A stretch of DNA of 64,000 nucleotides from Octopus vulgaris (lineage: Eukaryota). A program made the translations under genes and the position numbers. The first letter of the stretch is position 1, and every line of letters begins with the position of its first letter. The DNA lies in contig OX597814.1 of the NCBI GenBank assembly GCA_951406725.2, positions 30,132,001-30,196,000 on the forward strand. The letters run 5' to 3'. This document shows positions 1 to 13,019 of this stretch, in pieces. A model generated the notes under the pieces. That model saw only the letters and a program-made list of their open reading frames with translations, was not told the origin of the DNA and made no database searches.

Positions 1-1140
1 CTGTGGTATTGAGCAGAATATTTGCTGTAGCCCATCTTTTATATGAAGACAAAACAATGTACATGATAACACTTCCAGTCAGTTAAGATCAGAAGCCATG
101 AGAACTACTGCCTGGTACTGCATCAGGGCAATTGGACTGCAACCACGCTTGGGCACCTCTTTGAAAGGTTTTGTTGATCAAATTGACTCCAGTACATATT
201 TTTTGGTCATACCTACAAAAGTGTGCACCCCCACCCCCGGACTTTGTTTCCTCATAACCTCCAGAAAAAGGCAGCGAGGAGGCAGAACCATTACTGCTCT
301 AGAAAAACTGCTTAACAGTATTTCTTCCATCTTTATGTTCTGAGTTCAAATGCCACCGGGGTCAATTTTGCTTTTCATTGTTATGGGGTTGATAAATTAA
401 GTACTAGTGAAACACTAGGGTTGATATAATTGACTAGTCTCTTCCCCAACAATTTCAGGCCTTGTACCAGTAGTAGAAAGGATTATTATTATTATTATAA
501 TTATTAATATTATTATTATCATCTTGTTGTTATTGTTTTTTACCATTGTTTCAAAAATTATAGTCAGTACTACAACTATTTTACACATTATTTTCCATGT
601 TAGTTATTCTATTCCTATTTTTATTCTCACTATTATTACCTCTGCCTTCAGGTGGAGGTATTGTTTTCAGTTGTCTTTGTTTGTTAGTTTGTTTTTCTGT
701 GGACAAGATATCTCAAGAACTGCTGGATGGATTCGGATAAAACTTTCAGGGATGACTGGCACAAACTGTTTAGATTTTGGGATTGATTAGATACTGGACA
801 AAGATTCTGGATCATTTTTCCTGTTTCTTTACTTTTACATGTGTGGGTAAAGTTTCACTTAGTTCTCTTGTACATGCACACACATACACACACACATTTT
901 CAGCGTTGAACCTTATCATCCCATTTCCATTGTACACACACACATGTACGCAAACATAGCTTGCTTTTACAAACAAATCTACTCACACTTCAAATGCCGT
1001 TCATTGGCTTTTTCACTCTTTCCTTCATTATTCATCTATCACCCCTTCCTTTCTCATTCATACAATGCTCGCTGTGCCATTTATCTTCTCTACCTTCACT
1101 TCTCACTCTGGCTCTATTTTATGCACACACACATACACAT

Positions 1141-1182
<42 letters not shown>

Positions 1183-1616
1183 AAATATTAGGGAATAGAT
1201 CCAAACTTACAGGGAAAAATCAGATTTAGGATTAAATCCAATTTTATAGTAAAATATATTATATTATATTAAATTAGAGATAAAACCACTATTAGGCAAA
1301 TCAAACAATGAAAAACATAAGCCAATACATAAAATTAATTAATTTATATTATTTTAAATATATATCAAAAGTATTAAAAGTTTAATAAAAGATAAAGAGT
1401 AAAACACTACGATCGTTTCATGGCTGTACAATTCGTAATAATTTGAGTAATGGTTACAGTCAATCTTCAGGTTAATTGAAATATTTATCTTAGTGAGGTT
1501 TAGCATATATATATATATATATATATATACAAATATACATATATATATATATATACAAATATATATACATACATATATATATATCTACAAATATATATAC
1601 ATACATATATATATAA

Positions 1617-3225
1617 TGGGAAGCTTTATGAAAATAGACAAAAGACGAAGGCAGGTGGAAAACAAACGAACAATTGTATTAGTATGGCGCTCAGGAAATA
1701 TAAATAAAACAAGTCTTTAACGTTTCGAGCCTACGCTCTTCAACAGAAAGATACACAGAGAGAAAAAAAACACAGAAAGAAGGAGAGAAAAAAATGCGTG
1801 CAGTAGCTAACGAATCAACATGGCGATCTGATTTCGGCCAGAGGTCAAAGATCAAACATGAGACGCGAGAGCGAAATAAGGGGAGATAATAGGGTTGATA
1901 ATAGGGTTGAAGGACCAGCTAATAGTGCGTAGGAGGGGTCTGGACGTGTGTATGTATAGGGTTGGTGTATGTATTAGTATGTATAAGGGTGTGTGTGTGT
2001 GTGTGTGTGTGTGTATGAGAGAGTATTAGTGCGTAGGATTGGTCTGGACGTGCGTATGTATGGGGTTGGTGTATGTATTAGTATGTATTAGTACGTATTA
2101 GTATGTATAAGTGTGTGTGTGTGTGTATGAGAGAGTATAAGTGCGTATGAGGGGTCTGGACGTGTGTATGTATAGGGTTGGTGTATGTATTAGTATGTAT
2201 TAGTATGTATTAGTACGTATTAGTATGTATTAGTTGGTGTATGTATTAGTATGGCACATCATATATGATGTGATGTGTAAAGTCGTGTGGTGTAGTGAGG
2301 AGAAGAGGGGGAGAGAAGGGGAGGGGAAGAAGAGGGGGAGGGGAAGAGGAGAGGAGGGGGAGAGAGAGGAGGGGAGAAGGAAGGGGAGGAGGGGGAGGAA
2401 GGAGGAAAGAGGGAGAGGGGGAGAGAGAAGGGGAGAGAGGGAGTGAGGGAGCAGAGGGAAGGGAAGAGGGAAGGAGGGAGGGAGAAAGAGGGAAGAAGGG
2501 AAGGGAGTAGGGGTGAAAGGATGAAGGACTGAAGAAGTAGGGGTCGGGGGGAAAGGATAGGTGAGGAGGGGGGAGAGGGGGTTAGATGAGGAGGGGGGAG
2601 AGTTGAGACCAAATGGCGTATAAGAGCGAAGAGAGAGGATTAATTCCTGTTCACGGCGCAAACGGGAATCCAGATGGCCTCTGTGTAAGGACAAACCGAA
2701 CACAGATAGGTGTTGCAAGGATTGACCGGTGGAGCGGAAATGGCGTGAGACCGGTAGGCAGGAGGGGGGGAGAGGGGGTTAGATGAGGAGGGGGGAGAGT
2801 TGAGACCAAATGGCGTATAAGAGCGAAGAGAGAAGATTAATTCCTGTTCACGGCGCAAACGGGAATCCGGATGGCCTCTGTGTAAGGACAAACCGAACAC
2901 AGATAGGTGTTGCAAGGAGTGACCGGTGGAGCGGAAATGGCGTGAGACCGGTGTGTCGTTCGCAAGGTGGATGTCACGAAGGTGTTCCGCGAACCGGTCA
3001 GTCCTGTTTGTCCGATGTACAAGGAATTGCAGAGAGAGCAAGAGATGCAATAGATAATATTGCTGGAGGTGCAGGTGAAGGAGTGGATGATGGGATAGGG
3101 TCGATGGTGGGTGCTAGTGAGGCGGGTGGTGTTGGAGAGGTAAGGGCAAGTGCGGCAACGTGGGCGGGAGCAGGGGAACGAGCCGGGTTGGGAGGTAGGG
3201 TCAGGGAAGGAGCTATGGACCAAAA
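1617..3225 (-). mobile_element. 5'-truncated Penelope-like element (Neptune-type): GIY-YIG endonuclease 3' end plus 3' region, inserted in (TA)n
   Basis: Frameshifted translation CSRPRCRTC...FTCTSSNIIYCISCSLCNSLYIGQT...RFAEHL...PVSRHF...RLRREQELIFSLRSYTPFGLN. The C-terminal ~197 bp is tandemly duplicated (2563-2755 vs 2760-2955). TA tracts on both sides. Confidence 0.85.
1714..1751 (-). ncRNA. Minimal type I hammerhead-ribozyme-like motif in the Penelope 3' region (variant core CUGUUGA)
   Basis: Minus strand reads TCTTT-CTGTTGA-A-GAGC-GTAG-GCTC-GAA-ACGT-T-AAAGA: 5-bp stem I, 4-bp stem II, palindromic ACGT stem III. Its position downstream of GIY-YIG is as expected for PLE hammerheads. Confidence 0.6.
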
Positions 3226-3479
3226 GATATATATATATGTAAATATATATACATACATATATATATATATATCTATAAACATATATATATATACAAATAT
3301 ATAAAAAGACACTGCTCATTATATTAAGAGATTATACATACACTTTAACACTACAGTATATTTACATATATACATAATTCTATACATCGATCTAAAACAA
3401 CAGGGTTACTAAAGGAAGACTGGAACTTAAGACCATGATACAGTATGCGTTTCATTACAATTACAATTTTTATGTTCAA

Positions 3480-3868
3480 CTAGCAGTATTGCACGGCGTT
3501 GCTCGGGTTTGTAAGGGAAATAACTATATAAGCATTTTTAGAGAGTTATAGCCAAAAAATAGCAAAAAAATGCATTAAAAATGGAAAAAAAATGATGGTA
3601 AATTTTTTTAAAATCGTTGACTCATCGTAGAAATTTTTAGAGAGTTACTTCCCTTATATAATAGCGAAGAAAATGCATTAAAATGGAAAAAAATGATGGT
3701 AATTTTTTTTTAAAATCGTAGACTTATCGTAGAAGCGCGCTAATACCCAGAAGGGCTCGATATGAATCACGACTATAAGATACCCGGTTTTGGTTAAACT
3801 GCACCGCAAAATGTTAGGAATCTAAATCGTAGGAGACAGACACACAACTTGACTTTTATATATAAAGA
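3480..3868 (-). mobile_element. Non-autonomous Helitron sharing termini with 23243-23632
   Basis: Minus strand starts TCTTTATATATAAAAG and ends caaacccgagcaacgccgtgcaatactgCTAG; A|T target; internal ~90-bp duplication. Confidence 0.75.
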
Positions 3869-5554
3869 TTACGTTTCTCTACCAAAGTTCCTGTTGCATT
3901 TCAACCAGTGTTTCCAAAACTTTTACATAGTGACTCCCAAAGACTTATTGACATATGAGCACTCAAGTCATGCAAATATTTTCCTTACCCAGACAACACA
4001 CACACAGCATTACAAACATGGCCTGCACACCCACTTGCACATTCCATGACTTCCATTGGGATCAATCAGGTACTGGACAAGGTATATGGATTATTTTTCT
4101 GTTTGAGAGCAATCAGGTTCATTTTTAATATTCTCGTTTGTGAGGGTAGTCGATTTTATTTCAGTTATTCTCGTTTTAAAAATCATCTCCAGTTAATCGT
4201 TGAGAGGAGGTTGATGTTGCCTTGGCAAAGGTTTGCACTCCCTGAGTGCTTGTTTGTGTTGTTATTACAATTATCGTGGCGGTGGCATGTAAAAGCACCA
4301 TCCGTTCGTGGCCGTTTGCCAGCTCCGTCTGGCACCTGTGCGGGTGGCACATAAAAAGCACCCACTACACTCACGGAGTGGTTGGCGTTAGGAAGGGCAT
4401 CCAGCCGTAGAAACACTGCCAGATCAGACTGGGCCTGATGCAGCCTTCTGGCTTCACAGACCCCAGTTGAACCATCCAACCCATGCTAGCATGGAAAGCG
4501 GATGCTAAATGATGATGATGATGATGATGATGATTTACCCAGTTTCCATGGCTGTCACCTACTCTTCCCTACCTCCCTAACTTATTACCCTCAACACCTT
4601 TACTACATTATATTCATCCCTCATGCATTCTCCATCCCTAACCAGCTCTCATTCTCCCGTACATTCCTCCAGCTTCTACCCTCAGCCCAAGGTGCTGCAC
4701 AGTGGGACTAAACCAGAACCCTAGTCCACATGGGTGGGAAGCAGGCTTCTTAACCACACAATCATGCTTTGGCCTATTGTCAAAAATTGTGCAAGCTTAT
4801 CTACATGTAGGAGCGAGTTTCAAACAGTTGAATTATTTTATTAATTTCATCATCATCATTTAACATCTGCTTTCCAGGCTACCATGTGTTGAACGATTTG
4901 ACTGAGGACTGGCGAACCAGATGGCTGCACCAGGCTCCAATCTGATCTGGGAGAGTTTCTACAGCTGGATGCCATTCCTAACGCCAACCACTCCGAGAGT
5001 GTAGTGGGTGCTTTTATGTACCACTGACACAGGGGCCAGTCAGGCGGTACTGGCAATGGCCATGCTCAAATGGTGTTTTTTTTATGTACCACCTGCACAG
5101 GAGCCAGTCCAGCAGCACTGGTAATGACCTCGCTTGAATGTTTATATTAATTTAAAAACACAATAATTAAAAATTATCCTAAAACACTATAATTGACCAA
5201 TTATTGGTGACATACACAAAAACAAGTGACATTTATTTACTTAATAGATGCAAACATGCTTTGCACACGTTTTGAGTTCAGTCCCACTGAATGGCACATT
5301 GGACAAGTGTCTTCCACTGTAGCTCTTGGTCAACCAATGCCTTGTGAGTGGATTTGGAAGAATGAAACTATGTGGTTGTTAATTTTATACTACTTGACAA
5401 CTAGTATTGGTTTGTTTACATCCCTATAACTTAGCAGTTTGGCAAAAGAGACCAGCAGGTCAATTTGTTTGACCAAACCCTTCAAGTTGGTGCCCCAGCA
5501 TGGCCTCAGTTCTTTGAAACAAATAAAAGAGAAGCAATAAAAGAACAGACTTAC

Positions 5555-5645
5555 CGTATTGAATAAGATTTTGAATGTCTTTTGCCTGACAACTGTCTGG
5601 AAAGCATGCACCCATATGGAGACCACCTATTGATCCACCAACCAA
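5555..5645 (-). CDS. nrf-6: NRF-6-like paralogue B exon 3 (LVGGSIGGLHMGACFPDSCQAKDIQNLIQY); gene probably continues beyond window start
   Basis: NRF-domain G-x-C-x-P-x-SC-x-x-x-D motif. Acceptor ttttcag 5646-5648, donor gtaagt 5549-5554; 91 nt, phase 0 to 1. Confidence 0.9.
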
Positions 5646-5791
5646 CTGAAAATTCAAAAAGAAAAAAAAAAAAAGAAAAATAGAATTAGCAAAGACTTGT
5701 CTTTTACTCTCTTATTGGTTCCAGTCACTGAGTTGTTGCATAACCATGAAAGAAATAACAATGTGGTATAAATGTGATTAATATAAATATG

Positions 5792-6185
5792 GTGGATGGA
5801 TGGAAGCACTCCGTTGGTTACGACGACGACGATTCCGGTTGATCCGATCAACGGAACAGCCTGCTCGTGAATTTAACTTGTAAGTGGCTGAGCACTCCAC
5901 AGACACGTGTACCCTTAATGTAATTCTCGGGGATATTCAGCATGGTACAGAGAGTGACAAGGCCGGCCCTTTGAAATACAGGTACAACAGAAACAGGAAT
6001 TAAGAGTGAGAGAAAGTTGTGGTGAAAGAGTACAGCAGGGATCACCACCATCTCCTGCCGGAGCCTCGTGGAGCTTTAGGTGTTTTCGCTCAATAAACAC
6101 TCATAACGCCCGGTCTGGGAATTGAAACCGCGATCCTACGACCGCGAGTCCGCTGCCCTAACCACTGGGCCATTGCGCCTCCACA
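5792..6185 (-). mobile_element. SINE family C copy
   Basis: Reverse complement of 12537-12923; (tcca)n tail. Confidence 0.85.
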
Positions 6186-7846
6186 TAAATATGGTAACCA
6201 AGGCGGCAAACTGGCAGAATTTTTACTGTGTTAAGAAAATTGCTTAGCAACATTTTTTTTTTTTTTACTTTACATTCTGAGTTGAAATTCCTCCAGGGTC
6301 AACTTTGCCCTTCATCCTTTCGAAGTCAATAAAATAAGTACCAGTTGAATACAGAAAGATATTATTGTGGAACACACAAACAGAGGACAACTACCAGCTG
6401 TGGAATTGCTGGCCAGTTCCAGAATTAAGCAAATTTTGTTATGATTACCTGTTCTATATCCTTGCAGGTGAGCAGTGCTGTCCCTGCAAACAATTACTCA
6501 GTTACCTGAGATGCTGCTGAACCAATTCCATCATTGTAATTTGGGAAAGAAGCGATCCATATTCCAAGCCACCCATGTGTAAGTTTTTTTTTTTTATTTA
6601 CACGCCTTTTTCAAGCCTAGCCAGGGTCATGAGCCCGGTTTCCCGGTTTCTGTGGTGTATGTGTTCCCCCCAGCTGGACGGGACGCCGGTCCATCACAGT
6701 GTTACTCAAAGAACAGGAAGAGAGAGTGAGAGAAAGTTGGGGCGAAAGAGTACAACAGGGGTCACCACCACCCCCTGCCGGAGCATCATGGAGCTTTAGG
6801 TGTTTTTGCGCAATAAATACACACAACGCCCAGTCTGGGAATCAAAACCATGATCCTCTGACTGCGAGTCCACTGCTCTAACCACTGGGCCATTGCATCT
6901 CCACATGTGTAAGTTTGTCATCATATATTTCCAGCAAGGTAAACCTCTATGTTCCACTATCTCTGTTGCTGCAAGATTTTGTTTTTTTCTAGAGTTGTTT
7001 CCTAAGGAATTCCTAGGTGTGAAATTCATTACAGTAAGTAATTGACAGAACACCACTCACATTTTAGACAGAGCCTCTTTCTTTCTAGGGGGTTCAGCAT
7101 TTATTTCTTTATTGCCCACAGGGGGCTAAAGATAGAGAGGACAAACAATTACATCGACCCCAGTGCGTAACTGGTACTTATTTAATCGACCCCGAACAGA
7201 TGAAAGGCAAAGTCGACCTCGGCAGAATTTGAACTCAGAATGTAACAGCAGATGAAATACAGCTAAGCATTTTCATCCGGCGTGCTAATGATTCTGCCAG
7301 CTCGCAGCCATGCTGGGGTTCAGCATTGTCTGGGACAATAAGAAGCTGAACAAGTTTCAGGGTTTACATTAAGAATATCCTTCTCCTAGAGAGATGGTTC
7401 TACATATTTGAGTGGTCCTGTAGTGGACTCATTCACCAACAAGAGTATTTCTATGTGCCCACACAATTTTTTTATAATCATAGATCTGATGTTGAGTTCA
7501 TACATTCTTTTGACAAATATTATCTTTTGATTTACTGCGTTTCTAGCAACCCTTCCTCCCCAGATAAGCCTAGATAAGACTCAGTTTAGTTGACAAACAA
7601 CCTGAACATGCAGCAGGTTGTACCAAACTGCATATCAGCTGTAATGCATGCATGTGAATAACCTGATATGCATAGATGCACATGCACATACATGCATGCA
7701 CACATGCAGATAAACTTATAACACACGAATTACACAAGATTACATAAGTGAACTTATGAACTGGCCTTTTGGCTGATTACTTAAGTATAGTACTTATCAT
7801 CACGTACCATTTCTTGCTCTCTCATATATATATATACACACACATT

Positions 7847-7889
<43 letters not shown>

Positions 7890-8173
7890 GCTAATTTTCT
7901 TTATTTTGGGGTACAAATTCATAAATGTGCAATACACTCTTATCTAAGAAGTATGAATGACTTGTTTTTCTTGTGGTACAAACCAAACAAATGTACAATA
8001 CACTCGTGTCTTAGAAGGTGTAGCATCTGATATATATATATATATTTAGTCATATATATGACCCACAAACAAAAGAAAACAAACTAAAAAAAAATATGTA
8101 AGGCTGTTTAGTTTACATATGAACACACACATTATTAGAAAGTTATATAATACGATAAATGACAGGTGATAAG

Positions 8174-8392
8174 TTAACCCGTTAATGGCCAATGTTCCAT
8201 TTTGGGGATAAAGATTTTAAAACTAATATAAATAAGACTTTATAGTCTTTTATGTCTCTTTTGTTATAAACTTCATATTTACAGTATTCTTCAAGTATAC
8301 CACTAAAATATGCAATATAACAGAAGAAATATTATCAAAATATGAAAAACTTATAAATATTCATAACTGAATTATAGCTTTTAATGGGTTAA
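8174..8392. mobile_element. piggyBac-type MITE
   Basis: TTAA-CCCGTTAA...TTAATGGG-TTAA. Confidence 0.6.
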
Positions 8393-8427
8393 GGAACCTA
8401 GAAGTAAGAAAAATATAGTATACTTCG

Positions 8428-8882
8428 AGTATCAAAATCGATGAACATCAATGGAATTTGTATTTTTGTGGTACCAGTGCCGGTGGCACATAAGAAAACC
8501 ATCCAAATGTGGCCATAGCCAGTACCGCATCGACTGGCCTCCGTGCTGTGGGCACGTTACAAACACCATCCGAACGTGGCCGTGCCAGCCTCACCTGGCC
8601 TCCGTGCCGGTGGCATGTAAAAAACACCATCCAAGCGTGGTCGTTGGCACAAAAAAAAAACACCATCCGAGCGTGGCCGTTCGCCAGCCTCGTCTGGCAC
8701 CTGTGTCGGTGGCACATAAAAAGCACCCACTACACTCACGGAGTGGTTGGCGTTAGGAAGGGCATCCAGCTGGAGAAACACTGCCAGATCTGACTGGCCT
8801 GGTGCAGCCTTCGGGCTTCCCAGACTCCAGTTGAACCGTCCAACCCATGGAAAGCAGACGTTAAACGATGATGATGATGATA
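8428..8882 (+). mobile_element. Family D: variably 5'-truncated RTE-LINE-linked 3' end with internal ~60-bp repeats and (GAT)n tail
   Basis: Repeats of gtgccggtggcacgtaaaaagcacc, then cactacactcacggagtggttggcgttaggaagggcatcc...gttaaacgatgatgat. About 15 copies (4277, 4848-, 9210, 17297-, 32407, 33744-, 39933-, 41052, 46982-, 49657-, 50844-, 53020, 60161-); longer copies extend into the RTE ORF end. Confidence 0.75.
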
Positions 8883-9477
8883 TAGTCTTTTGCATCTGCT
8901 TTTTTCCTGTTATTTTCAGTTTTGTTTTTCACTTATCACATCCAAGTCAGCTTTTTAGCTTCTATTGCTTTATTTACTAAATTATTGAATCATTAAGTCA
9001 CTTTCCATTTGTTGGAACCTTGCAACAACTACATATCTGGTCTGTGGTTCATTGTAGGTCATCTTAATAACGTGTTACACCTTCCTTCAACAAATAGCTT
9101 GTATTTTTTGAGTCTGTTCAACTCTTATCCTCTCCCCATTGTTGGGAGATACAAGCTCTGTATTTTCACAGTCTTTCTTTCATCCATCCATCCATATATA
9201 TATATATATGCCAGCGCCGCCTCGACTGGCTTCCGTGCCGGTGGCACGTAAAATGCACCAATCCGACCGTGGCCGTTGCCAGCCTCGCCTGGCACCTGTG
9301 CGGGTGGCACATAAAAAGCACCCACTACACTCACGGAGTGGTTGGTATTAGGAAGGGCATCCAGCTGTAGAAACATTGCCAGATAAGACTGGAGCCTGGT
9401 GCAGCCATCTGGCTTCCCAAATCCCCGGTCGAACCGTCCAACCCATGCTAGCATGGAGAACGGACGTTAAACGATGA

Positions 9478-9508
<31 letters not shown>

Positions 9509-10741
9509 CGCTGGGCTTCTTTCAGTTTCTTATTTCTTTACTGCCTACAAGGGGCTACACACAGAGGGGACAAACAAGGACAGACAAATGGATTAAGTTG
9601 ATTATATCGACCCCAGTGCATAAATGGTACTTATTTAATCGACCCCGAAAGGATGAAAGGTAAAGTCGACCTCGGTGGTATTTGAACTCAGAACGTAATG
9701 GCAAACGAAATACCGCTAAGCATTTCACCCGGCGTGCTAACGTTTCTGCCAGCTCGCTGCCTTTCAGTTTCTTTCAGTCTCTGTCAACCAAATCCACTTT
9801 GGTTGGCCGAGGCTATAGTAGAAGATACTTGCCCAAGGTGCCATGCAGTGGGACTGAACCCGGAACCATGTGGTTGGTAAGCAGGCTACTTACCACACAG
9901 CCACTCCTACGCCTATATGTGTATATATATTATGAATTTCATATTGGTTGGACATAAACGTTCACCTAACAGCTTATTCAACCAAAGGTTGGTTGAATAA
10001 GTCATTATGTGAAACATTTAAGTCCAGTCAACATGAATTTTATTATAAAATCTGATTCTACTTTCAGTTTTGAGTCACATATTACCTTACATGAGAACAC
10101 GCAAGGGTTTGATGCAGGAAGGACATCTACCTGTAGAAAAATCTATCTCAACATATTCTGTCTGGTTCACGTAAACATGGGAAAGTAGACATTAAAATTA
10201 CGATGATACACATACACACACTGACACACACACGCATACTGACACACACACACACATGCACACTTACATGCACATACACATGTATATGTGTGTGTGTGTT
10301 GTTTTTTAATTTGTAAATTAAATTAGATCACATGAATAAACTAATTTGGTTGAATTGGCCTTTTGGTCTGTTGGTTTTTGGTTCGTTAGCACCCGAGAGT
10401 AATCCTTATCATCACGTTTCATTTTCATCATCTTTCTACCTATCTTTCTCCTCCTCTTCTTCATTATCAATTTAAAACTTCGCAGTGTTTTCAGATGTAT
10501 GTGTGTGTGTGTGTGTGTGTAGTATGAAGTTCAACAAGTAACACTTGATCATTTAAGATAGTAAGGATATTAATAAAATAATACTGCTAAAAAGCCTTTA
10601 GAAATACAGCTAGCCTGGGTTTCCTGGTTGAAATATTAATTTATTTTGCCATTTGTCAAGCTGGCATAAACAAGAAAATTTAGTAAATGTGTTCGAAATA
10701 ACTGAGCTTTGATTTTGTATGTACATTTAGAAATGTACAGT

Positions 10742-10908
10742 GCAGGAGTGGCTGTGTGGTAAGTAGCTTGCTAAACAACCACATGGTTCCGGGTTCAGTC
10801 CCACTGCGTGGCATCTTGGGCGAGTGTCTTCTGCTATAGCCCCGGGCCGACCAATGCCTTGTGAGTGGATTTGGTAGACGGAAACTGAAGGAAGCCTGTC
10901 GTATATAT

Positions 10909-10946
<38 letters not shown>

Positions 10947-11155
10947 TTGTGTGTCTGTGTTTGTCCCCCTAGCATTGCTTGACAACCGATGCTGGTGTGT
11001 TTATGTCCCCGTCACTTAGCGGTTCAGCAAAAGACACCGATAGAATAAGTACTAGGCTTACAAAGAATAAGTCCCGGGGTCGATTTGCTCAACTAAAGGC
11101 GGTGCTCCAGCATGGCCGCAGTCAAATGACTGAAACAATTAAAAGAGTAAAGAGT
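10742..11155 (+). mobile_element. tRNA-derived SINE family A (internal TA/TG microsatellite, gagtaaaa tail)
   Basis: A-box tggctgtgtggta, B-box-like ggttcagtccc, CORE-like ccttgggcaagtg. Further copies at about 11308, 18770, 19622(-), 24135, 30678, 32007(-), 37104(-), 39779, 54531, 59306(-), 63387(-). Confidence 0.85.
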
Positions 11156-12015
11156 AATATCACAGAGCGATCCAGAGGGGATAATTAACTGCACAGGAAA
11201 TATAAGCTGTGTTTTACAAGAATAAAAGGTTAGAATGGGCTATGGTGTGTTTGGTGGGTAATCCTTAATTACTGCTATGATGAATTTTGTAAAATATGAA
11301 CATGAAGCAGGAGTGGCTGTGTGGTAAGTAGCTTGCTTACCAACCACAGAGTTCCAGGTTCAGTCCCACTGCGTGGCAACTTGGGCAAGTGTCTTCTACT
11401 ATAGCCTCAGGCAATCAAAGCCTTGTGAGTGGATATGGTAGACGGAAACTAAAAGAAGCCCGTCATATATATGTATATGTATATGTGTGTGTTTGTGTTT
11501 GATTTTGTTCTCCCAACATCGCTTGACAACCAATGCTGGTGTGTTTAGGTCCCTGTAACTTAGCGGTTTGGCAAAAGAGACCGATAGAATAAGTACTAGG
11601 CTTACAAAGAATAAGTCCTAGGGTCGATTTGCTTGACTAAAGGCAGTGCTCCAGCATGGCTGCAGTCAAATGACTGAAACAAGTAATAGAGTAGTCCTGG
11701 TATTTATACAGTCACTGGAGGTTCTTAAGTCTTTTGAAAGATAGTTTTTTTGAGCGAGTATATGGAACATTTTTTGAGTTTGTTAATGTAAAGTTTGGTC
11801 ATAGAAAGGATCCTATATTTGATGTTGTACACTTGACATTTTCATCCTTAAGCTTACAAACTAATGCTGCAATGGGTTGTTGCAGGTATTTTCATGGGGG
11901 TGTCTAAAGGAAGAGAAATGTTTGTTGTGTCTGGATTTAAATTTTCCTTTCAAAGACCCTACACGATGTCTGATTTTTGTCCAGCCATTGTCATAGTTTG
12001 CCAATACCTGTACTT

Positions 12016-12253
12016 ATTTCTTTACTACCCACAAGGGGCTAAACACAGAGAGGACAAACAAGGACAGACAAACAGATTAAGTCGACTATATCGACCCCAG
12101 TGCATAACTGGTACTTATTTAATCGACCCCGAAAGGATGAAAGGCAAAGTCGACCTCGGCGGAATTTGAACTCAGAACATAACGGCAAACAAAATACGGC
12201 TACGCATTTCGCCCGGCGTGCTAACGTTTCTGCCAGCTTGCCGCCTTACCAGC
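12016..12253 (-). mobile_element. SINE family B with 18-bp TSD
   Basis: TSD ttgccaatacctgtactt at 11998-12015 and 12254-12271. Confidence 0.85.
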
Positions 12254-12536
12254 TTGCCAATACCTGTACTTGATGACTTTAACATTTAGATCAGCAAGAA
12301 GTGGCATGGATCTGAGCATGCCATTAAGCCATATTGGATCAAATAAAGGGATCAATGAAAATGGGGGAATGTCTGATACTGTTCCGCAACATAAACAGCT
12401 TCTATATCAGCTTCCCTATCCTGTGCATAAAATGATGATCTCTAAGAAGACATAGTGATTGTCTGATGGGGACACCAAAGGTAAAATAGATTGCTTGTAT
12501 CAATGCTCATTGGAAGACCATCTTACAAGATGCCCG

Positions 12537-12923
12537 TGTGGAGGCGCAATGGCCCAGTGGTTAGAGCAGCAGACTCGCGGTCGTAGGATCACGGTTTCGA
12601 TTCCCAGACCGGGCGTTGTGAGTGTTTATTGAGCGAAAACACCTAAAGCTCCACGAGGCTCTGGCAGGGGATGGTGGTGATCCCTGCTGTACTCTTTCAC
12701 CACAACTTTCTCTCACTCTTAATTCCTGTTTCTGTTGTACCTGTATTTCAAAGGGCCGGCCTTGTCACTCTCTGTGTCATGCTGAATATCCCTGAGAACT
12801 GCGTTAAGGGTACACGTGTCTGTGGAGTGCTAAGCCACTTACACGTTAATTTCACGAGCAGGCTGTTCCGTTGATCAGATCAACGGAACCCTCGTCGTTG
12901 TAACCGACGGAGTGCTTCCATCC
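12537..12923 (+). mobile_element. tRNA-derived SINE family C with 11-bp TSD
   Basis: Head ggaggcgcaatggcccagtggttag...ggtttcgattcc; TSD acaagatgccc. Near-identical copies at 5792-6185(-) and 21449-21830(+). Confidence 0.85.
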
Positions 12924-13019
12924 ACAAGATGCCCAATCTGACTGAGGCTCTGATGTTAGATTAGAACTTCACCTGGGGAAAATAACATTGAAACCTTGAC
13001 CAAAATGGCAGGAAAAGAT

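Noticed and set aside
11700-12010. Very old Penelope ORF remnant on the minus strand
   Set aside because: Only faint motif echoes (KHF..., CTTSNIG); too degraded to support as a feature.
12537-12615. tRNA genes at SINE heads (also 21449, 10742, 35553)
   Set aside because: A/B boxes are present but there is no proper acceptor stem, and each is fused to a multi-copy SINE body.
12671-12874. Recurrent 67-aa ORF MVVIPAVLFHHNF... (also 5848, 21533) and other repeated short ORFs
   Set aside because: Repeated only because they lie in near-identical young SINE copies; no domain similarity or splice context.
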